Positions 59,293-64,000 of a DNA stretch of 64,000 bases are shown one piece after another. Where the stretch lies: the NCBI GenBank assembly GCA_044892505.1, contig CM097882.1, positions 542,996,001 through 543,060,000 of the forward strand, written 5' to 3'. This DNA comes from Schmidtea nova (lineage: Eukaryota). Position 1 is the first letter of the stretch. The number at the start of each line of letters is the position of its first letter. Made by a program: the position numbers and the translations under genes. The notes beneath the pieces were generated by a model. The model saw only the letters and a list, made by a program, of their open reading frames with translations, ran no database searches and was not told where the DNA came from.

Positions 59293-60508
59293 TTTGCGGT
59301 AAATCTGAATTATGTCTTTTTGATCGACCATCTCCTCAAGCAGTTATTGAATATGGGGTGTTTGAAGATGTGTTTCCAATGAATTCCATTACAGATAGTA
59401 GAAATGATGTGGAATTTTACATTAACGGTTCTCAAACCGAATATTTAGATTTGAACGATACTTTATTATCCGTTACTATCAAAGTTGTAGATAAAGATAA
59501 AAAACAATTAGCTGATGCTAGTAATGTAGTACCTAATAATTACCTGTTTCATACACTTTTCAAAGATGCAATTCTTGGATTTAATAATATTAAAGTTGAA
59601 GGTGGAAACAATACATATGCGCACAAGGCAATAATTGAAACTATTTTAAATTATACTAGTGATGCAAAAGAAACTTGTCTTACTCCAATGGGATACGGCG
59701 CATCTGACGATAGAAAAAAGTGGATTAAAGGATCGAAACTTTTCAACATGTGTTCATCATTACAACTAGATTTTTGGATCAACCTAAATATTTACTTCCT
59801 GGAGTTAATTTGCATATTAGATTGAAGCGATCTGATTCTGCATTATCATTGACATCTACAGCTGGGAAACCAATAATACAAATAGTAGATGCAAAATTAA
59901 TGGTTCGAAGAGTTCGATGTGAATCTTCAGTATTAGCTGGACATCAAATTGGATTAAATAACAAACATGCAATTTATCCGATAAAATCTAAAGAAATTGT
60001 ATCTTTTGCAATCGGTAAAGGGGCATCATCATTTTAAAAGGAGCAAATATTTGGAGATAGAAGAATGCCTAATTTCATTCTTGTAACTTTTCAAACCGAA
60101 AATCAATATAATGGATCTTATTCTGCTTCTTCATCTACATTCAAACATTTCAATGTAACTTCGTTATCTCTGTCAAAAAATACTGATTATCGGGAAACTT
60201 ATAATCAAGATTTTGAAAATGATAATTTTTGTGCCACATATATGCAAAGTCTTGTCCGGAATTTAGGATATTTGGATAAAAACTTGAATTGTGGCATAAG
60301 TCTAGATGAATTTAAAGCAAAATATCCATTCTTTACGTTTGTTCTTGCTCCTGATTTCGATTTGAATCAAAGTCAAATCCCTCAAAATGGAAATTTACGA
60401 TTAGATATCAAATTTGGTAAAGCCATTGAGGAACCGGTTCATGTAATAATATATGGAGTTTTTGAAAATGAAATTCAAATTACTGCAAATCGAACAGTAT
60501 TAGTTTGA
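59289..60508 (+). pseudogene. Polinton major capsid protein (double jelly-roll, hexon-like); frameshift ~59770, stop at 60037
   Basis: KSELCLF, VEFYING...YLDLNDTLL, LHIRLKRS, GNLRLDIKF...IIYGVFENEIQITANR. Confidence 0.88.
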
Positions 60509-60757
60509 GTACTGGTTTGAACTCTTATTTGAACTCTTATTTGAACCCGATTTACAATATCGGGATTGGTGTCCGAGCATTTCACACCTAGAACATTGAA
60601 TTTTTTTCTTGTTCGGACAGTTACGGGCAAAATGGTTTTCGTTACAAATATAACATTGCATCTTCTTTATCTTCACTGCAAAGGCAGACTGATGTCCATG
60701 AGTTAGGTTCAGTCGTGAAACGATGTCACCAATTGCGTCGATCGTCGTTGATCCTTG

Positions 60758-61189
60758 TCATCTCACCTCAGCTGCGATTTCTACTGGCAAGGAGTTGATT
60801 ATAATGTTTATTAGGAGATCTCCAGCGTTACAAGCCAGATTCTTCATTTCTGATAAATGAATGTTAATATTGTTCCCGATCTGGAATCTCTTGTTTAACA
60901 ACTTGGAAAAACATGCTTCTGGGGGATCGCTGAAAGCTCGTATCAATGATATTTTAATTTCTTCATAACTAATATCTTCGTTTTTCGCTGCTTCCTTCAA
61001 GGTGATAAATGCCTTCCACTTCATGACAGCAGGTAAAATTTCTTTTTTTCCATTGAATTTGTGAAGCTTGCATATTAATTCAAACTTATCGAACCATTCA
61101 TCGATTTTCACGGTTTCGCCGTCAAAACATTCGATTGCATTCAATATATCTTTTATCATGCCTGGATAGCTTGTGAGATAATAAGACAA
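60758..61189 (-). pseudogene. Isolated Gypsy gag N-terminal fragment
   Basis: FDGETVKIDEWFDKFELICKLH...SYEEIKISLIRAF; no LTR or pol nearby. Confidence 0.6.
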
Positions 61190-61306
61190 TTTAAATATTT
61201 CTTCATTAAATAAATCTACTTATTTAAACAACTTTATTTTCTTTTATAAATCATTATTTTAAATTATTCTTCTTTATACATTTCAAATTTTCGTATTTTT
61301 ATCGAT

Positions 61307-62200
61307 TTGCACATAGTTTTTGTGCTTTTTAATATTTTATTTCAATCCTGTTCAGCCAACCCCAACAATATGAACAAATATATTAATATAATGCAAGGTA
61401 ATATGAAATTAGTTATCGAGCTATATTCAAACGTGCAAAGTTTCGCAACAACATTAAAACTATTTCAGAGACATATAACTGCGAATAATTTCCAGCATTT
61501 CAAAGTTTGTGATAATTGTAAAAAATCCAGTGAACTAAAAGCCAATATACCAATTAATATATTCAGTTATACAATAAATATATTAATACAAAACATGGAA
61601 GAGATATTTTCAGATTTCGACGATGTATCAAATGAAATAGCTTTATTTGAAAGTCCTTTTACAATTGTAGTGTATGCAGCGTATCTAAATATACAGCTTG
61701 AACTTTGTCAATTGCAGAGTACCAATAGTTTGAAAGGAAGTTTCAATGAAAACACTTTGGTAGAGTTTTACAAAAGACTATCGAAGCAAGATTTTCCAAA
61801 CCTGAGAATATTTTCATCAAAAATGTTGTCAATTTATGGCAGCTCATACATATTTGAACAAACTTTTTCAAAATGAAAAATACAAAAACGAACGGCAGAA
61901 ATAAACTATCAGATAATCATTTGCAGTACATTCTAAGAATTGCAACTTCAAGAATGGAACCTAACATTACAGAACTGGTAACTAGAATTCAAGCGCACCC
62001 AGTGCATCACTAAAATAACTATATAATTTTGATTTTTATAAAAATGAATTAAATTTAAACATTAATACAATCCTCTTAATTTTCATATTTTGTATTATTT
62101 TGATTTATACTTTTTTATATGATTGGAAAAAGAATTTAGCCATCCAAATCCTGTAAATTTCATTTTGTGGCACTAGTAAAAATAAGTTTGGGCATCGCTG
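61307..62200 (+). mobile_element. 3' fragment of a hAT (SPIN/Buster/GTF2IRD2-like) transposon
   Basis: FESPF, IQLELCQLQ, FPNL...KMLSIYGSSYIFEQTFSKMK; terminus AAGTTTGGGCATCGCTG followed by CTTTAAAT (central TA, Buster-type target). Confidence 0.8.
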
Positions 62201-63005
62201 CTTTAAATTAAAGTTTAATTTAAAGGTTTTTTCCGTCAATTTAGTTAAATTTGCTAAATTCTTTATTTAAATCAATTTTCTTTTGTATTTTAAGAGTTTT
62301 TAAGCTAAAAATTGAAATATTCTTTCTGAAAACATGTAAATTTTCTCTAGTTTGTAATTTTATTCTGTATTTAATGTTTCTATGTTGTATATGTGTTTTA
62401 AGGTGTATTCTTGAAGCGCTTTTGCTCAGTTTAATTTTTAAACGTGTTTTATATAATTTTTTGAGCTGTTCACTTCTTGCGTGCTCTCTACATGACATGT
62501 TACCGCTTAAGTTAAACCAGTTCCAGTTTTTGCCCAAAACATTTGGGTGTGCTCATCTATAATTTAAATAGAACAAATAAAATCAATGAACCACAAACGC
62601 TGACATCGACTAAAAGCATTTCTTTCATCCATCATTCAGACGATCTATCCATTCAATCTGTTTCAGGCAATCAACCCAAAAAAAGTATTTTGTAAATCGA
62701 CCTCAAACGTTCAATCCTTTTTGGCCTCGTTCCCCAAACAATCTTTTCCAAGACCCAATTCAGTGCTGTTCAACAACTGATTAATATATTGATTTATTGA
62801 TTATCATCAGGGGATACTACCTGGCGTTTGTTAACAAATGTTAACCCCCCATGGATCCCCATTTTAAAAACATTATACATTTCCATATCTTGGGGTAATT
62901 TGATAGGAGATTTCAAAGTCATCAAAGTGGAATTTCATAACACGTCTAGAATTTTCAAGAAATTAAGAGGCTCAAGACTTCCTAACTTTTGTACCAGTAA
63001 CCGAT

Positions 63006-64000
63006 TTGACTGTTATTTCGATCGTAGATACTATAGAACCAACATTAAAAAATATGGGATTTAATTTAAAAAACCTTCGAGGACAAGGTTACGATGGAGC
63101 AGAAGCAATGCGTAGACAATTTTGCGGCGTTCAAGCTGTTTTAAAAGAAAAATACCCAAAAGCTTTATATACGCACTGTGTGGGACATAGTCTAAATCTT
63201 TGTTTATCTGATTCTTCAGTTGTCCCCGAAATTCGAAATTCCTTTGGTGTTCTTTCGGAAGTTAGCGCATTCTTTCATTTATATGCCAAGCGTAGTGCTG
63301 TTCTTAAAAAATCAATTCACAAAATGATGCATAATTCAAATAACTCGAATAAAAACTTTATGTGAAACTCGCTGGGTACCGCCACATGAAGCAGTTATGT
63401 TTTTCAAAAGTTTTATCGAACCAATTTTTTCTTCTCCTGAAAGCATCAAAATGGATTATAGTTCGGAATCGTCGAAGAAAGCCAATTTAGTGTTAAATAG
63501 TATACGCACGTTTCCTTTTCTAGTTTCTATTTTTACTGCCAGCAAATTACTTGCACTAACTTACAACATCTCCCAGTATTTACAAAAGAAAGAAATCGAC
63601 CTAGTTGATGCTGTAATGCAAATTCGCAACATTATTAACGTTTTGAAAAAAATGAGAGAAAATGTGGAAACTACCTTCATAATTATTCATGAGGAAGTAA
63701 AACTTTTCGCTAAACAAATTGATGCACATGAGTCAGTTCCACGTGTGTGCAAAAATCAAAGAAATAGAAATAATGTTCCATTTGATTACCTTGAAGAGTA
63801 TTATAGGAGATCAATATTCATTACATATATTGACTATTTTATTGCTTCACTTACCGAAAGGTTTCTACCTCATGAAGAGTCTATAGTTTCATTGCAGTGT
63901 CTTATTTCTCTTTATGCTATAAAACATGCAGAATTTAATGTTTCATCATCCGCGGAATTTTATGAAGATGATTTACCAGGACTACCAGTAGTGATTACCC
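63006..64000 (+). pseudogene. hAT transposase fragment (ZMYM1/P52rIPK-like), frameshifted, runs off the window
   Basis: LRGQGYDGA..M, YTHCVGHSLNL, CETRW, EEYYRRSIFI. Confidence 0.85.

Larger units (their letters stand above)
53223..60508 (+). mobile_element. Polinton/Maverick (adintovirus-like) core module; termini not identified
   Basis: Contiguous ATPase - small basic GG protein - integrase - penton - small GG protein - hexon on +, with three divergent ORFs on -. Confidence 0.92.

Noticed and set aside
1-64000. rRNA, tRNA or other structured ncRNA genes
   Set aside because: None recognised; the only tRNA-related sequences are retrotransposon PBS motifs

Overview
AT-rich eukaryotic (probably invertebrate) genomic window made almost entirely of nested transposable elements, with three assembly gaps (9376-9540, 11264-11426, 52907-53158). 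One host gene can be rebuilt by hand: a minus-strand ARM-repeat + TIR-domain protein with six in-frame exons at 25518-5430 (439 codons) and 41-50 nt minimal introns. Its TIR domain is cut off at a splice donor, so the rest lies outside the window or is lost. Two Polinton/Maverick (adintovirus-like) remnants are present: a protein-primed DNA polymerase B split by a hAT insertion (1-4758), and a core module at 53223-60508 (packaging ATPase, integrase-chromodomain, penton, hexon, small GG-cleaved virion proteins). That module also carries an intact TATA-binding-protein-like ORF, two unknown ORFs and host-sized spliceosomal introns; the TBP-like gene is the most striking item. Between them lie six Ty3/Gypsy elements and several solo LTRs, repeatedly inserted into each other's LTRs. 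Two of these have TSD-supported non-canonical TA...TA LTR termini. Also present: Tigger/pogo, hAT, tentative hATm and piggyBac-type MITE remnants, and a ~1 kb array of AAGTAGGTCA motifs. No rRNA, tRNA or CRISPR was recognised. All family assignments are from motif recognition by eye; no database search was run.
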